A stretch of DNA of 64,000 nt, from IMG/VR virus record IMGVR_UViG_3300028384_000422, positions 19,858 through 83,857 of that record; one strand, 5' to 3'. The notes beneath the pieces were generated by a model. That model had not been told where the DNA came from and did not search any database. It was given only the letters and a program-made list of their open reading frames with translations. The stretch is from a virus. The translations under genes were made by a program, and so were the position numbers. This document shows positions 23,101 through 28,580 of this stretch, one piece after another (the first letter of the stretch is position 1; the number at the start of each line of letters is the position of its first letter).

Positions 23101-24596
23101 GGGTCAATAATTGCAATTCTAGGAGTTGTGGTATAACCTTGACCAGCATTCAAAATTGAAATGCTAGTAACTAGTCCATCAGCAGAAATATTTGCTCTCA
23201 GAGCTGCTCTAATTGGATTTGTGCCTGTAGGTTCATCAACATAAACCTCAGGAGCAGTAGTATATCCAAAACCGTTATTTGTAACAGAAATAGTTCCTGT
23301 AATTGAACCATTAGTGATTGTGGGAGTTCCTAGAGTAGCACCGCCAGGTTGTCTGAACGTAACTCTAGGAGTAAAAGTATATCCAGAACCAGAACTGGTC
23401 AATTCCAACGCAGTTACCGCACCGTTCTCGACAGTTGCGGTCATGGTTGCTGCTACAGAACCAGGTTTTGTCGGAGATTCGATTTGAACAATAGGTGGAT
23501 TGGTAGAACTATACCCCTTACCACCTTGAAGAAGACTTGTAGACTTAATACCATTAACAAGAGACCTAGCAGAACCGCCAGACCCATTAACAGACTTAAT
23601 TGAAACTTGAGGAGGATATTCAAAACGATATTGACTACCACCAGTGTCAACTTTAATAGAAGTTAGTTCACCATTGTCATTAACACGAGAAAAAGCCTTG
23701 GCACCAGCACCAAAAGAGGGGATAGGTGCTTCGATAAAGTACACCGAGAGTTGACGACCATTGATAGGTGCAGTGTCAAAGATAAACTTATCACCATCAA
23801 TGAAGAAATCGATTCTAGGTTGTAAAAGACGACCATCGTAGATAGCAATTACATATTCATCAACAGTCGGTTCATATTTTTCGCTATTTTCAGTTAAGGC
23901 AAAGGTAGTCTTACCTTCACCAAACGAATTAGAAATATCATCAAGAGAAGCAATGGTATTTTCAATAAAACCATTCAAATAAGTGATGAAAGTTGTTGTA
24001 GTATCATCTGCAGGGAGTTTTGTTCTCGGTGCAGTAGTAAATACAATCTCATCACCAGAAAGAGTGAAATCTGTGCCAGGAATCAGAACTTGTCCATAGA
24101 CACTAACAATCAAATGTTGTGCTGAAGGAGGAGCAATTGGGTTATCCTGAGAAACTAGGGGAAATCTTGTCTGTACACCATTAAAATCATTGATTGGTGT
24201 TGCCAGGTTGGTCCATTTAAGTTTTACCTGCTCATAAGAGATACCAGGAGACAGTGCGATGTTAGGAGAACTAGTTGTGTTCTCATAATAGATGACTTCA
24301 TCGCCAATCATGATTGAACCGTTCTCTTCTAAGAACTGTTCAATACTCTCTACAACAATTTTTGTAGATTTATCGGTAATTGCCTCAACAATCTTGGTTT
24401 TGCCTTCCAAGATACCGATGTCCAACTTGTCAATATCAAGATATTGAAGAAAGTTGTTGATAATATTTTGACCAGCACCTGTTTTTTCCTGTGACTGATA
24501 ATAGTACTCCAGGAATCTATTAAACAGAGGATATTCTTCCTCAAGAAAGTCTGGAGTCTGTTGGACAATCGATTGAGATACCTTGTTAATATTCAT
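5145..24596 (-). CDS. gp7: Giant (6483 aa) baseplate wedge initiator gp7-like multidomain protein
   Basis: Directly after gp6; N-term QQTPDFLEEEYPLFNRFLEYYY and IKDFYSAKGTSFSIAYLFKLLYGE typical of cyanophage gp7; GSGYxxxP repeats, YHYH-like, propeller-like, two LamG-like domains and helical repeats. Confidence 0.75.
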   Translation of the reverse strand: MNINKVSQSIVQQTPDFLEEEYPLFNRFLEYYYQSQEKTGAGQNIINNFLQYLDIDKLDIGILEGKTKIVEAITDKSTKIVVESIEQFLEENGSIMIGDEVIYYENTTSSPNIALSPGISYEQVKLKWTNLATPINDFNGVQTRFPLVSQDNPIAPPSAQHLIVSVYGQVLIPGTDFTLSGDEIVFTTAPRTKLPADDTTTTFITYLNGFIENTIASLDDISNSFGEGKTTFALTENSEKYEPTVDEYVIAIYDGRLLQPRIDFFIDGDKFIFDTAPINGRQLSVYFIEAPIPSFGAGAKAFSRVNDNGELTSIKVDTGGSQYRFEYPPQVSIKSVNGSGGSARSLVNGIKSTSLLQGGKGYSSTNPPIVQIESPTKPGSVAATMTATVENGAVTALELTSSGSGYTFTPRVTFRQPGGATLGTPTITNGSITGTISVTNNGFGYTTAPEVYVDEPTGTNPIRAALRANISADGLVTSISILNAGQGYTTTPRIAIIDPVGAQVLETRVDGNGRVIGIELLNGGSGYDEIPSVYIVDTRTDAQGNYSGGTGAKAVASIFNGQITDINVTEFGTGYSVTQPPKIVIQDPPSAQASVEIGLNEVTGFEVQKSGTEYDKAAFNGCARSASGITSYTEDGNAKFSNNTLAASAAVDAEVKCLDALFIKRLLDKYTEQFLPDVPQLDYKKIDVRNAIKSIKDFYSAKGTSFSIAYLFKLLYGETVSISYPKDQIIKPSAATWSVDTILRATLVSGNPVDIRDALITQEADIADSNVQAASALVENYISIKTSDVEIFELVLSEETITGTFTVPYKTRLAEPLNTTDSIITVDSTIGWPERNGEFVIGSGLGREVIQYKEKSLNQFIECTRSVNGTVEDWDSATEVSSNFTIFLNKGTAQEVVMNIVGIVDAQQTTLTDTGSYYLPGDKLSVSKLGGTGTSSQLTTWLYNVKKLVEVSGITFGGVNNQSATVTCSNPHGLLVGDQVTVYGANPIIYNGTFLVTSRDSSTVFQYQLPQPATTVPQGNILVSIDLNKGKSDSQIVLNAIGPYTTNIQNTFFNDNYVYVASTGIPNYNIGPFPGSALLPGNQRKLNRFPTSPVTISTKNTIASGPIGTWVNGVSVWSYKSTITKTFGAVTSIDIPNKGEGYDAANPPVITIDGGGGTGATADVVVDGAISEITVDSGGSGYTSSPLVSIVGGGGSGASATAIITKGVVSRILINEGGTGYTSQPSITIVGGGGTGATGTAFVRGPIKSVNIVNGGVSYTSTPTVTLSSGSGAVAQPIVNNGRIISIAIISAGSGYTTAPEIQIQGDGFGAVARATIDTDGENAGRVTGITIVNKGIGYTQGQTIINLNSIGQGAQFSAQVFKWTYNLQETSTIDSAKGFVAEGFNNQYGGEYAHISNPQRLRYILGDNLFQDTAGSILEQEDQLVHSPIIGWAFDGNPIYGPYAYTDPTDQGSSITRMRTSYSLKTELVYNVDTNPNPVRTAGPLLSEEAAGNFVEDYQYVFNSGDLDQYNGRFCKTPDFPEGRYCYFVTIDAAEAGNPVFPYVLGPSFNSVVDKWNLSTDAVQQNIPTGVVRYRDPYENVDIDVERAPNASTNALTLENGDILLFEVEDEDRSGVIEQAELDDPDQVFEESPLQLYDYFPKVKLDSKVDIEVETTTKFEDASVTGFTIENPGLSYQVDDRLIFDNTNTGGSGVSARVSRIKGETVEAYTFESISGQNYGVLTTEEPHNLVVGDTVFVDYSPVMDNTNKQFIVRQYTGIEEIIINQTGSGYNEDIPPTIVIDSDSGADARLQAVVSSVGSIDTVNILNSGSGYTSNPRVILSHPQVFKKADYYVSFINNNDYVKVNDTFVNDNKEVFICGKTKDASDNVVAFVAKLSATGVKEWQKTLELGTGQQEAEFSKLVVDGNAVWVVGQNRPNSSILADYNPDIILAKYTQADNGLSATLTFQKGYAGISGSTRGDVVTSLVKYSDTRFLIGGFTNTNSVSPEDAFIASIDTSGNFSVKRKFASSNKSEKITDIIVNGEDIYYSLEVADTNVAGDVDVAVGKASIGASAITSVWIKKYTNTLYSTLNTSLCIDEFNEIYVLGNCRLKSDDTNKDSFWVGKINTDGALIWNYRYVAPGREVDMVGNSEIDIFGDLNVAFNRTDNTTGLKTVDTVKIGYNGIVKNHTTNNFDEANIEGITAHSLDVDNSADVHVFGQISWNRNEFIFPFNTGSTTTDTTGHYTLTTESTSGSLDYDGGYAKIYGYQTGQSTWTRGNLKVTGAQLGTKLNGNWTAEMQIFKDTNFTAVSGITQHTLFSIGDATDATGGLWLYYNVADGKLSLVVTNNTTTINLGSAVQSTQTTMFADDTWQFIGLKRDGNTFTVYVNGISVITATLSDTNFANKDFLVGQISGKDGTTGTFRVNEQGQYITDNFRLRNRAVTPTTPSDISVLPTNGAIGLSYTYTDLTWFPDYLGRYDYIDYAGFGLKVDKDADAVRLGDKATQTNTGIAFTRTAVTPVTGSTLTISTSEYALGDAGLQSLDFDDADTTMTQDSETLTYTQDIWSSRTATVPSPGSQKLQVTAVVKDRYFFKVTNTLKIDNIQKLTINQSFRFTVGSKLVLRNTSGAFINSGYITKVDTTTNHVFVAVNNNTWSNDLNTGRLSTEQFNEQSTYGITGVIPNDINQIDSYSFAQVINTTPGTFDLDLADFNAPTDIGGTNNLDEYAVFKPYSDDDYSIRIDEVSGSSPYIVGSVVQIASGNISFNSAYSTAQITGLTGVTKVTVITNLTKILQVTARENGDEVYVITDTNHYLDAGDVIFVDGNPSQDVGGVTYDEYDGAFAVNQVISPLEFVYKLTAAAVSDPATTASGVSIFSKSPTLKMYYGHQYLFDLSHSSLEGGNLSFSKDNLYKLEYSFNSIERVGTPGLTGEGQPTPTVKLKVDRNIVTNISYYFDPSRTGDDSPVIPGSYLDVVDSPYVGTFQLSGVAGATITRGADIIKFPLLNEPEGPADISQASYSTSSKKAVGSISDIRVVNAGGFYQRLPIVSDIQSTRQIERVQINEPGTEYAVGQYRGVPIAGDGEGGLVEITVADGTDSEGDAIPGQIQAVTVTSPGKGYTTATIDIDSVDGILGAGLTGSGAEVEVVIPSFGSGASVFTKGDKVGKIKKLKNNNFGYDYPHDYTLRPEITFPINAQLTSTSILTSITVNDPGSGYSQAPAVIISGGGGSGAVAEATIKNGRLDQILIKDPGAGYSSTPTVSLKSSFNYVINLDLGLLQFSFPHGITNGAEVTVSVTDTGDGAEFPLSSGATGRLNGSTTYYAIAGTANSLEDDQLKLAITPANAELGDALTFSNAGNGRQSILTESFGGSATANVGTSTFLEGELVYQGDSLDVATATGYVSTNSGWQVGPRILKIVDYTGDFSANQRITGVISKSSGIISDLKIAKGVLEIGSITETTGQFIDDVGKPSEIIQKIQDSYYYQDFSYAVKSAVSIGEWKEILIKNVHPASFKVFGELNLNEYGFVPNKETFFELTKSVELTQAAIVPNIQNFALVEPVYSEFNNTEVLFRQKRLTSSENILTSVVQRLDDISNLFDGERIAFPLTVDGDNVVANANQLMIVLNGIVQNPGTSFEIQNDSIVFQEPPSPPASVKYVNITIDQINTISLTFTNQSGIFPLAGNTLVGTSSAARLIVTSVVGDTVNGFMESGTFIIGELITGSTTGFNANLATNTAVTNLGLFVFGEKITNFDGDTAIVEQINLERGQETPVAKLRYTIGAATTNIEVIDVSAATDSPVAAGTFVVGDNYQVGSEIFLVNSVTDGSESTTIGVTRGQNGTAAAPQQEDAPVYGTAISVTNALTLSKTAGTYQSTPGLFDIQLNDVIIGAQSGVVARVTATATYQDPTTQEFIGQVNISEGSSFFGLLFNRIASQTYPNVILDDISSSQVNVVQYGDNATAFNSNFPANEQINNYVIPYDNASGDFDADEIVRNYKIDYGNNVGDFQIENGVVRKLTFTDKIGDGFFAAGQIIRTRDTKAEVIGYNSAINTVYVGKIGRSQRNGQDYFQWTWEAGAYINTYNEKFGSSCLALSAGLSDHTFVSGVADGIVAGGGATGTYTAATGTSYNPATGAMTLEIGNHSLTTSNTVTIADNAVTFTCDQDGDTSNKSYPRSTDPASGTALAISAVTSTTITVNVGAVPIDEYISTPSSSEFAFGTAAYTIELWVKPLSASLSGTKTLLDFRTQASDVAGRLYLEAGQVRFNSNNVDIATSGLTTLNNNVWYHIAVVRSSTASGGTKLYIDGVERGVGIDANNYAAKPLRIGGDYAGANEFAGYIDELRVSTTNRYTAAFTAPTGMFQGDATTKLLLHFDGEEGQTYVEDWSGGESFTADEYFNNDAILATSRSSTGIGVTGFTGNSHRYINAADNIILNKDFIANEAVYIMKNRYPYFTVPGGEINCEDDVRDILDALVNDLRNGSNDKIWDASALYVNRTVNPITLSHVESEIAETLYTLEKTQEIVEYVINNTPWEVQGDHGLTQKFDTSITESSYASATTFVPSDATYDPATGLMVLTSNGHGLVAPSNKTATGATYTATTGVLQITSNSHGLSNGDRIKLADNSLTFTCTMDGNTAQKTYPRANDPASQGWLEVSNVATNTFEVNVGKSPTVNYTPTTATYNPSTGIAVITLPENNLEVGQNVQIAQNALTFSRGSGSNGSAPTAAATSYEITQNGATSTATAATYDPASGQLVVTVANHGFTTSDKIRIEDNSLTFTCTKDGNFENKTYPRSTDPFSGRWLRPTAVSTNTFTVNVGPSSAADQYVHTFVSATANGIVKKDNTITVDLGTSGDTTAHTFASATTNGVVAGGNYTHSFVSATTNGITVAGDSVFIATESIVFTCTEDGNTAQKSYPRKSDPAAKQVLVITAADTNTFTVNVGKSGQNDQYAHTFVSASSGAITKSEYNLNDCTDVINTVDNLMSIVSDTLDNASQDPAVDYLGSVTKKLPAYKFLGGTVNAFRETPFDISYHDANTDVFYSNRIDTDAQYRFRDAANLIRANRSAIVDKAAFDMLQRYPDLAQDMPRNQGGGSTDGTVRCKTDLGQILDGIADDIQNGGNEKTVQAANFYLGTNDILLYIRLQVFQSVYAHERLAFYAKQAITGDLTYDNTDAIIVGDWGITQDAGGCANVKTAIDNLVTIINDVIAPTGNDFHVAADRLYFNRQYLAEEVTGYTRTEFQYDLNGVTYNAFTYADELVRQANIEAILLGIISDLQTGGTNSTIAEIEKYLTASLQIKDIEDEILAFVYSLQKLKDIGPFAIRNRAYDFNSGFTSPDYAAIYSDDVAYRDTETVIDIEKVVYRFEDLIDIIIGILAPGGDISRSASKNILYNLNYYKEEIQNQVNSQFGSGAWVYNSFIDRIITDMVHDVVTTDTTVKETAYKITFTSLTGNFQLGEVIRSSGGGYATVLEWNEETNLLIVGAFTGTAWSASDTLTGRTSSATATVATVGSGYDWYSEPTNVQTLDHAKTLVSNISGQVSGTNLFTNPEALAVNWQVNSNGGVDSLLITDNSISAPDGTLTAEKFFAANNNGGIHDTFRDYNLTAFETFDSSTLTFDTTNESFDTGAVGVSETQTFTSSIFVKAAGSASVRFGLILDDGTTAEQNIFFDLNLSTGAIGSLFIPQGGITGDAYGAVPLGDGWYRLFITATFSFGFSVLRTNIIANSASGAQSWTGNGSTGIYLWGAKLTKFALDPYTATSGKIFYSDNEFNIKNFALDLLDGFIAQALAGTLTSPSTNAGFYSFYSSTAASDYTTDSITALARYATNIIRQQIKTGTYFTSLDIQNAISLPTKTFGERDKVIGLGGGLKTTDFVYGQSSNAYAEVETLNENSGKIVQIYKRFRIDGDITDGPFTMNETVAKQGAPSVTGVVYGFHEDENYKYLDVRVTAGPWAITDIIVGAENSTSAQISAIENRIHIIDLKGEFSNDIPFKGYTSGETAQPTGFIKNQAAVLSNTGGTLKVDTETLLGTFEKNSVVYPESSRQYIDVIKYDGFNAQIGQRIASTGYVRFGISIISNLNTFTVGNRLYKVVSGNQVSSVYAIITEVDLDNNYIYAVDFQGELTNGDVVGDYGLAGNFPVGYASITTRVVTAGAAAALIQDVKTVGTQKRLYLSDIAGTFTTRDGIKSADNYKSVITSKEDLKARVKRSSKGFDGTQTNFDLTIENGTSYLPDPAGHLLVFINGILQPPGATNAYTAFSNQIQFTEAPDIGASFTGFYVGKLRQLDDISFEFDSLRQSFNLKRNEVFYSLTLTDGVQSSVIRPENNIIVSLNGVIQEPGIGFEIVGSRIIFSEIPRFGSTFVAFSYVGSEADVDAAEVVPPVEPGDFIRIQGETDDREVAVIESSNSLITFDYLGSVFGQDALAQAQITSGFIDDVQVTGGGSGYTSRPTVRIDSISGFDGNIKALVGVSGVEMSNAGSGYQNPGIDVETTVPDDWTAPNLADYGEEAVDPEIL

Positions 24597-24604
24597 CTCT
24601 TATT

Positions 24605-26629
24605 TTAAATACAATCAGACGTGTTTAAGGTGCCACCGTTGGCAACATCAGCGACCGTAACCGTAGATGGTGTCTGGTCGAAAATCGTTGGTGTCAAACT
24701 ATTTAGAGGGATTGACGTAGGTGGTGTTGTTCCCACTGGAGCAATTGTAACTTCAGGGGAAATAATATTGATAATAGTTCCAGGAGTCGATGCAGGGATC
24801 GAAGCGGAGTTAGCGGGGATAAACTGAACAGGAACCTGAAGACTACCAGGCAATGAGTCAGAATCAGTAACAGATCCCTCACCAGAAACACTATTTGTAA
24901 TGTTTACACCAGTTGCTGCAACATTTGAACCTGCACCAATCAAATTAATAGGTCCAAATGCAATTTCACCGTTGTCATAGTTGACAGTTCCCGCACTACT
25001 ATTGGTAATAACCTTTCTAGTACCTGTATTATAGAAAACACGAAGGTTTCCAAACCCATCATCCTCAAATTGTTGGTTTACACCAGGGCGATCTGCGGTT
25101 CTGAACGTTCCAGAGAGCAAAATCGGTTCTTTTGTTGTGTTAGCAGACTGAGATTGTGATGGTGCCGAGTTATAAAGCGGTGATCCAGTCGCAATAATGT
25201 AAGTATTGGTCTGATTAGTGACTGGTTTGATGTATCTGACAACAGTTGTCTGCAAAGATACGTCAGAAACGCACTTAGAAGCGAGTGTAATCGCTTTTTC
25301 AAAGGATTGTGAGCGGAAAGTTGAGTTAAAGTTGTTAATTTCAGTCTGTGTTGCCCATTGATTGATGGCATTTTGCACATCTGTCTTGATTGTGGTTGTA
25401 TCATCACCGCAACCAGTGTCATATTGAACAAAAATCTTGTTATAGATGTAAATATCCTCGGGATCAATGATCACAGGGTCGATAGATGCCATCGCATACT
25501 TCCTTAAATCCGCAGCAATGGACTTTTTGGTCGCATCATTGAGTGATGAACCCGTTTTTGTTTGCACTGCGATGTAAACTTTACCGTAAATTGGCGGATT
25601 TAACGAATCTCCACCATAAGCGACGACGGATTTTGCGTTATCATAGACTTTTTTAGTCAACACAGCGTAATCCTGCGCGGTAACTGCCCGATATTGCGCG
25701 GAATAGTAGCGAGGAGCGTTATATTTGATCGATTCTACGGTCTCTGCAGACGATCCGCCGTAAGCAGTCTCTTTAACAGTCATTGTGGTTGACCCAGCAG
25801 CGTAAGTTGCGCCGTTAGAGTCCTGTATAATACCCTTAAAGGCAAACTGACTGACATCATTTGCTGCAGAACCCTCTGTAGTGAGGTATTCAAGCACAAC
25901 AACCTCACCATCTTTCAGTGATCTGCCGATAGAATCATCACCAAACTTGATTTCGTACTGCATATCCTCACCTTCAGAGAGGAAATACACCCTAGAAGTT
26001 GATGTAAGGTTGGTTACATTCTCAACTTTACTATAGGTATCGGATGTAGTTGATGATTCGTTGGGTTTTACCCTAACAGATAAGGTTGAAATATCAGCAT
26101 CTGCACTAGGAATCTTATAAACCTGTGTTGCAAACGTATTAACAACATAAGAGAAGGTAAGAATATTACCCTCTCTAAACATAATACTCTCAAATGTCGC
26201 TAAACCTGTAGATGGATCAGGTTCTACCGTTACATCTGACAGTCTATTCCAAATATAATTACCACCAGTTGCTACTGCGCCCTTCTTTAATGTGCAAGAT
26301 GTAGGATATACACCTCCGACCGCAGTGGTTTGCAGTTCTAAGTTAAAACATGCTGTGCTCGATGTGACTGACTTCGGCACATAATTCAATAATTTTGCAA
26401 TATTAACAATATTATCACGCACTGTAGCACTCGTAATGAATGCTTCGTTCATTGCCATGTTAGCATTAAACGCCGTATAGTACGTATTATACGCTAACGT
26501 GTCAATTAGATACGATAAACTAGAACCTTGAAAGTCATAATCTGTAAACTCCTCTCTGGTTCTCAGATATGCTTTGATAGATTCTTTGATATCATTAAAA
26601 TCTAATGCTGTTAAGTTATTTGGTTGCAT
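24605..26629 (-). CDS. gp6: Baseplate wedge subunit gp6
   Basis: LDFNDIKESIKAYL...FTDYDFQGSSLSYLIDTLAYNT and ESIKYNAPRYYSAQYRAVTAQDY motifs; follows gp25. Confidence 0.92.
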   Translation of the reverse strand: MQPNNLTALDFNDIKESIKAYLRTREEFTDYDFQGSSLSYLIDTLAYNTYYTAFNANMAMNEAFITSATVRDNIVNIAKLLNYVPKSVTSSTACFNLELQTTAVGGVYPTSCTLKKGAVATGGNYIWNRLSDVTVEPDPSTGLATFESIMFREGNILTFSYVVNTFATQVYKIPSADADISTLSVRVKPNESSTTSDTYSKVENVTNLTSTSRVYFLSEGEDMQYEIKFGDDSIGRSLKDGEVVVLEYLTTEGSAANDVSQFAFKGIIQDSNGATYAAGSTTMTVKETAYGGSSAETVESIKYNAPRYYSAQYRAVTAQDYAVLTKKVYDNAKSVVAYGGDSLNPPIYGKVYIAVQTKTGSSLNDATKKSIAADLRKYAMASIDPVIIDPEDIYIYNKIFVQYDTGCGDDTTTIKTDVQNAINQWATQTEINNFNSTFRSQSFEKAITLASKCVSDVSLQTTVVRYIKPVTNQTNTYIIATGSPLYNSAPSQSQSANTTKEPILLSGTFRTADRPGVNQQFEDDGFGNLRVFYNTGTRKVITNSSAGTVNYDNGEIAFGPINLIGAGSNVAATGVNITNSVSGEGSVTDSDSLPGSLQVPVQFIPANSASIPASTPGTIINIISPEVTIAPVGTTPPTSIPLNSLTPTIFDQTPSTVTVADVANGGTLNTSDCI

Positions 26630-27048
26630 TATTCGGGTCTCTGTAATACGAAACTAACACTTTCTGTCAAAGGTAATCCAACAATACGATACTTTATCGT
26701 TACGCCGTATTTACCTGTCTCGAAGTTTGGTTCAATAATTGTATTAATCAGTGATACTCGTGGTTCAAACTTATTAATCGTCGCGGCGATTTCATCCTGT
26801 AATGCATCAGAAATTAATTCATCCATTGGTTCAAACAATAATTCATTTACTCTTGAACCAATACTATTGTCAAATGGCACTTCCCCAGGCACAGTCAATA
26901 CAAGATTCTTTAATGCTTGTTTGATACTGTTATCATTCTTGACATGCGCGACATCATCGGTAAAAGGATTTCTCGCAAAATCAATCTTGATATCTTTAAA
27001 TGCCTTTGAGATGGCAACATCTCTTCCTGTTACCTGCTTAAGTGCCAT
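26629..27048 (-). CDS. gp25: Baseplate wedge subunit gp25
   Basis: SIKQALKNLVLTVPGEVPFDNSIGS...INKFEPRV (GPW/gp25 family); 1-nt overlap with gp6 start. Confidence 0.92.
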   Translation of the reverse strand: MALKQVTGRDVAISKAFKDIKIDFARNPFTDDVAHVKNDNSIKQALKNLVLTVPGEVPFDNSIGSRVNELLFEPMDELISDALQDEIAATINKFEPRVSLINTIIEPNFETGKYGVTIKYRIVGLPLTESVSFVLQRPE

Positions 27049-27074
27049 TTAACTTATAAACTGAACAATGCTAT

Positions 27075-27221
27075 TTAGCGCCCTTGACCCCGATAACGCT
27101 TTTTCGCATTGTTCCGACTTGTGGATGCATACTTGGTATGCTGTCCTGCACCCTGTCTAGTCTTCTTCGGCACTGACTCGATCATGTTCTGACCCGTCAG
27201 TGACTTCTTCATTCTTGCCAT
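27075..27221 (-). CDS. Small basic protein (48 aa)
   Basis: MARMKKSLTGQNMIESVPKKTRQGAGQHTKYASTSRNNAKKRYRGQGR; AGGAGG RBS; stop overlaps a TAAATA late-promoter-like box; below track cutoff. Confidence 0.7.
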   Translation of the reverse strand: MARMKKSLTGQNMIESVPKKTRQGAGQHTKYASTSRNNAKKRYRGQGR

Positions 27222-27417
27222 TAATGTCCTCCTGATTTAAAGATTGTGGATCGCTCCCATTATACCACATAATATCCCATTTAGCATCCATAATACCCAT
27301 TATAGTGGATACCGCGTTCTCGACCCGCTCCAGGCGCTCTGAGAGGGCAATCAGACCTAATCTGATAGCTTCGTGGGCTTCGGTGTTATCCTGCCATTTA
27401 TTATAATCTTCATTCAT
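27157..27417 (-). CDS. Hypothetical protein (coiled-coil-like)
   Basis: ORF track; start overlaps the stop of the upstream AbrB-like gene. Confidence 0.5.
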   Translation of the reverse strand: MNEDYNKWQDNTEAHEAIRLGLIALSERLERVENAVSTIMGIMDAKWDIMWYNGSDPQSLNQEDINGKNEEVTDGSEHDRVSAEED

Positions 27418-27574
27418 CTTTCGCTTTTCTTAAAATAAAACTACCCTCTGAAATCTCAAAGTCTAATTTCGTACCTACATCCCATCCTAATTCCTCACAT
27501 GCTTCATACGGAATTGTAAGGATAAGATCTCCGAAATCGTCCTCTTCTAGTTCTGTAATGAATCTGTGTGACAT
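27410..27574 (-). CDS. AbrB/MazE/SpoVT-like small DNA-binding protein (54 aa)
   Basis: Hand translation MSHRFITELEEDDFGDLILTIPYEACEELGWDVGTKLDFEISEGSFILRKAKDE fits the G-x-L-x-IP...LGW..G..L.F...G...L swapped-hairpin pattern. Confidence 0.65.
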   Translation of the reverse strand: MSHRFITELEEDDFGDLILTIPYEACEELGWDVGTKLDFEISEGSFILRKAKDE

Positions 27575-27578
27575 ACTT

Positions 27579-27797
27579 CTATAACCTGTTTACTATTTGC
27601 GGGTTATTTGTGGGGTTATCTTCCTTCCACTCCACCCATAGTGTATATAGATCGTTTGTATTCTGTGATGCATAACCTGATGCATAGTAGTCAGCACACT
27701 CATACATGCGAGGATCTAAGAATCCCTCACGACGCAATAATTGCTCTATCGCCCATACTCTCGTCTCCTGTCTCTCTATACGGGTCTCAGAGTCCAT
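27579..27797 (-). CDS. Hypothetical protein
   Basis: ORF track; GAGG RBS; co-oriented with neighbours. Confidence 0.65.
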   Translation of the reverse strand: MDSETRIERQETRVWAIEQLLRREGFLDPRMYECADYYASGYASQNTNDLYTLWVEWKEDNPTNNPQIVNRL

Positions 27798-27822
27798 TTT
27801 TTTACCTCAGAAATTTTTTTAT

Positions 27823-27860
27823 ACGCCCTTGAGTAATTACTCGAATAATATCTAGGGCGT
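27823..27860. repeat. Inverted repeat ACGCCCT/AGGGCGT enclosing the 12-bp palindrome GAGTAATTACTC
   Basis: Read directly; within a ~190-bp ORF-free gap. Confidence 0.7.
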
Positions 27861-27985
27861 CTGGGAACCTTTGTAGGTTAGGGTAGTGGCCGTTTATAAC
27901 ATTTAGGGGGGCTAATTTAACTGCCCTCAATAACATTTAAAACTGTCTTAGTAGGTGTTACATAGTGACCCTCTTATACCCTCCC

Positions 27986-28015
27986 ATTATACCTCACTGG
28001 GCATATAGTTGTCAA
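27986..28015 (-). promoter_or_regulatory. Sigma70-like promoter TTGACA-N18-TATAAT pointing into the non-coding gap
   Basis: Consensus hexamers read on the minus strand. Confidence 0.65.
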
Positions 28016-28271
28016 CACATTCCCACTGCCATCCTATCGTTTTGATATAATCGAAGCATGACATTCTCGGAGTATTTGGGAAATTATCTCCCCTTGCATT
28101 CCGAACACCATCGATGTACCTTTCCATGTCATAAATGCTGCTGAAAGATCCTCTGAGAATCTCTAATTCGTCATAGATGTGAAAATTCATGTGTTCTGAA
28201 TTAAGGTGAATAAACGTAGTAACAATAACCCTCTGATAGTAGATAACTGGCAGTATAAGAGAGGATCTCAC
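27987..28271 (-). CDS. Hypothetical early protein (start may be the internal MNFHIYD)
   Basis: ORF track. Confidence 0.55.
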   Translation of the reverse strand: MRSSLILPVIYYQRVIVTTFIHLNSEHMNFHIYDELEILRGSFSSIYDMERYIDGVRNARGDNFPNTPRMSCFDYIKTIGWQWECVDNYMPSEV

Positions 28272-28398
28272 AATCCCAACATTGATCAGTATCTAATAAG
28301 AACTGAAACAGTGCTATTCCATCATCAAGGGAACACTGTTTGTTGTAGTAACTCTCTAAGAGTTGTTGATACTTTGGAGGACCTGTGATTGTTGTCAT
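28201..28398 (-). CDS. Hypothetical early protein
   Basis: ORF track; first gene after the 28435-28463 promoter. Confidence 0.6.
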   Translation of the reverse strand: MTTITGPPKYQQLLESYYNKQCSLDDGIALFQFLLDTDQCWDCEILSYTASYLLSEGYCYYVYSP

Positions 28399-28434
28399 TT
28401 AGTACAGAACCTGTTTCTGAACCTCTACAAGGTT

Positions 28435-28463
28435 ATTGTATCATGTTTCTGATACTTTGTCAA
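28435..28463 (-). promoter_or_regulatory. Sigma70-like promoter TTGACA-N17-TACAAT
   Basis: Read directly; 22-bp motif 10 nt upstream of the -35. Confidence 0.75.
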
Positions 28464-28580
28464 GGGGTGCATTGTGACACTTTCGGAGGTGATCTGAGAG
28501 GGGTTGACATACGTTAGGAAGCGTGCTAAGACTACATCATGAGAGCACATTTAAGGGGAATAAAACACACAAACATGTTT

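Noticed and set aside
5145-24596. Intein or intron explaining the giant ORF
   Set aside because: No intein splice motifs or homing endonuclease motifs noticed; length is explained by repeats and domain insertions
241-26629. Many 60-210 aa ORFs inside or antisense to the structural genes
   Set aside because: Off-frame or antisense shadows with skewed composition, fully inside strong CDSs
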